A stretch of DNA of 64,000 bases, taken from contig OZ243924.1 of the NCBI GenBank assembly GCA_965213725.1, positions 1,072,716 to 1,136,715 on the forward strand, written 5' to 3'. Position numbers and translations under genes: made by a program. Every line of letters starts with the position of its first letter. Position 1 is the stretch's first letter. Positions 63,552 through 64,000 of this stretch are shown in pieces. Source of the DNA: Dehalococcoidia bacterium (GTDB lineage: Bacteria; Chloroflexota; Dehalococcoidia; Lucifugimonadales; UBA3495). The notes beneath the pieces were generated by a model. It worked only from the letters and a program-made list of their open reading frames with translations, was not told the origin of the DNA and did not search any database.

Positions 63552-64000
63552 ATGATGACAACCGCCGCCAACATCGCTAACGCTTGGATCAACCGCACCC
63601 TGCCCGACATTTTCTACGAAGAGCCGGAGCCGATCGAGGACGCCATGCTCCAAGAGCTACCCCTAGTCTACATCTCCCGGCTGCTGCGGCAACGGTATGA
63701 AGGGCGCGAGGACGTTTTCATTTCCGGCAAGGTGTTCGTCTCCTACGACCGGAGCAACGGCAACGCCCGGGTCGCCCCCGACCTATTCATCGCCTTCGGC
63801 GTCCCGGCCGCCGTCATCCGGGAGAACCTGCCCAATTTCTGGCTCTGGGAAACCGGCAAGGCGCCCGACTTCGCGCTGGAAGTGGCGTCCAAGAGCACCG
63901 CCGCCAACGACTTGGGAAACAAGCGCCGGCTGTACGAAAGGCTGGGCATACCGGAATACTGGCGGCTCGACCCCTCGCCCGGGGCGGATCTGTACGGCCA
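63552..64000 (+). CDS. Uma2-family (DUF820) PD-(D/E)xK endonuclease, 3' end outside window
   Basis: GGAGG RBS. Contains APDLFIAFGV...APDFALEVASKSTAANDLGNKRRLYERLGIPEYWRLDP. Confidence 0.75.
   Translation, partial: MMTTAANIANAWINRTLPDIFYEEPEPIEDAMLQELPLVYISRLLRQRYEGREDVFISGKVFVSYDRSNGNARVAPDLFIAFGVPAAVIRENLPNFWLWETGKAPDFALEVASKSTAANDLGNKRRLYERLGIPEYWRLDPSPGADLYG

Overview
A 64 kb high-GC bacterial chromosomal segment. Hand counts of sample 60-nt lines give about 65-68% GC in core genes. It is densely coded and uses strong AGGAGG-type ribosome binding sites. The gene content includes F420-type FDOR and LLM enzymes, GMC oxidoreductases, CaiB-type CoA transferase, amidohydrolases and P/T-rich linkers. 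That mix suggests a Chloroflexota- or Actinomycetota-like aerobic heterotroph, but this is inference only. Core content: (1) thiD plus two tandem thymidylate-kinase-like genes. (2) An aromatic/phenol-type catabolic cluster with HpaB-like monooxygenase, cupin, two ABM proteins, RidA and a VOC dioxygenase. (3) A tetrapyrrole cluster (fused ahbA/B-like siroheme decarboxylase, sirC, hemC, cobA-hemD, hemB). (4) A peptide-type ABC importer with amidase, cyclase and LLM genes. (5) comDE-like TPP decarboxylase subunits. (6) tRNA-Lys(UUU) and tRNA-Arg(CCU). Accessory content: a tight four-gene operon (661-5380) encoding a vWA(MIDAS) protein, a PP2C phosphatase, an atypical Ser/Thr kinase and a Zn-ribbon/TM/trypsin-like protease, which is the best candidate for an uncharacterised system; a low-GC fused MNT-HEPN gene wedged into the heme operon; a low-GC single-polypeptide R-M-S (type IIB/IIG-like) enzyme; a decayed methyltransferase-Mrr fusion next to tRNA-Arg carrying a G9 tract; higBA; and a Uma2 nuclease. 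There are also three IS1-family elements, one of them nested in an IS701-like element, plus solo IS ends. Other notable items are an asnB interrupted at a G17 homopolymer, a duplicated and frameshifted LRR surface protein, and two dispersed small repeat families. No rRNA genes or CRISPR arrays were seen. All product calls rest on motif recognition by eye, with no database search.
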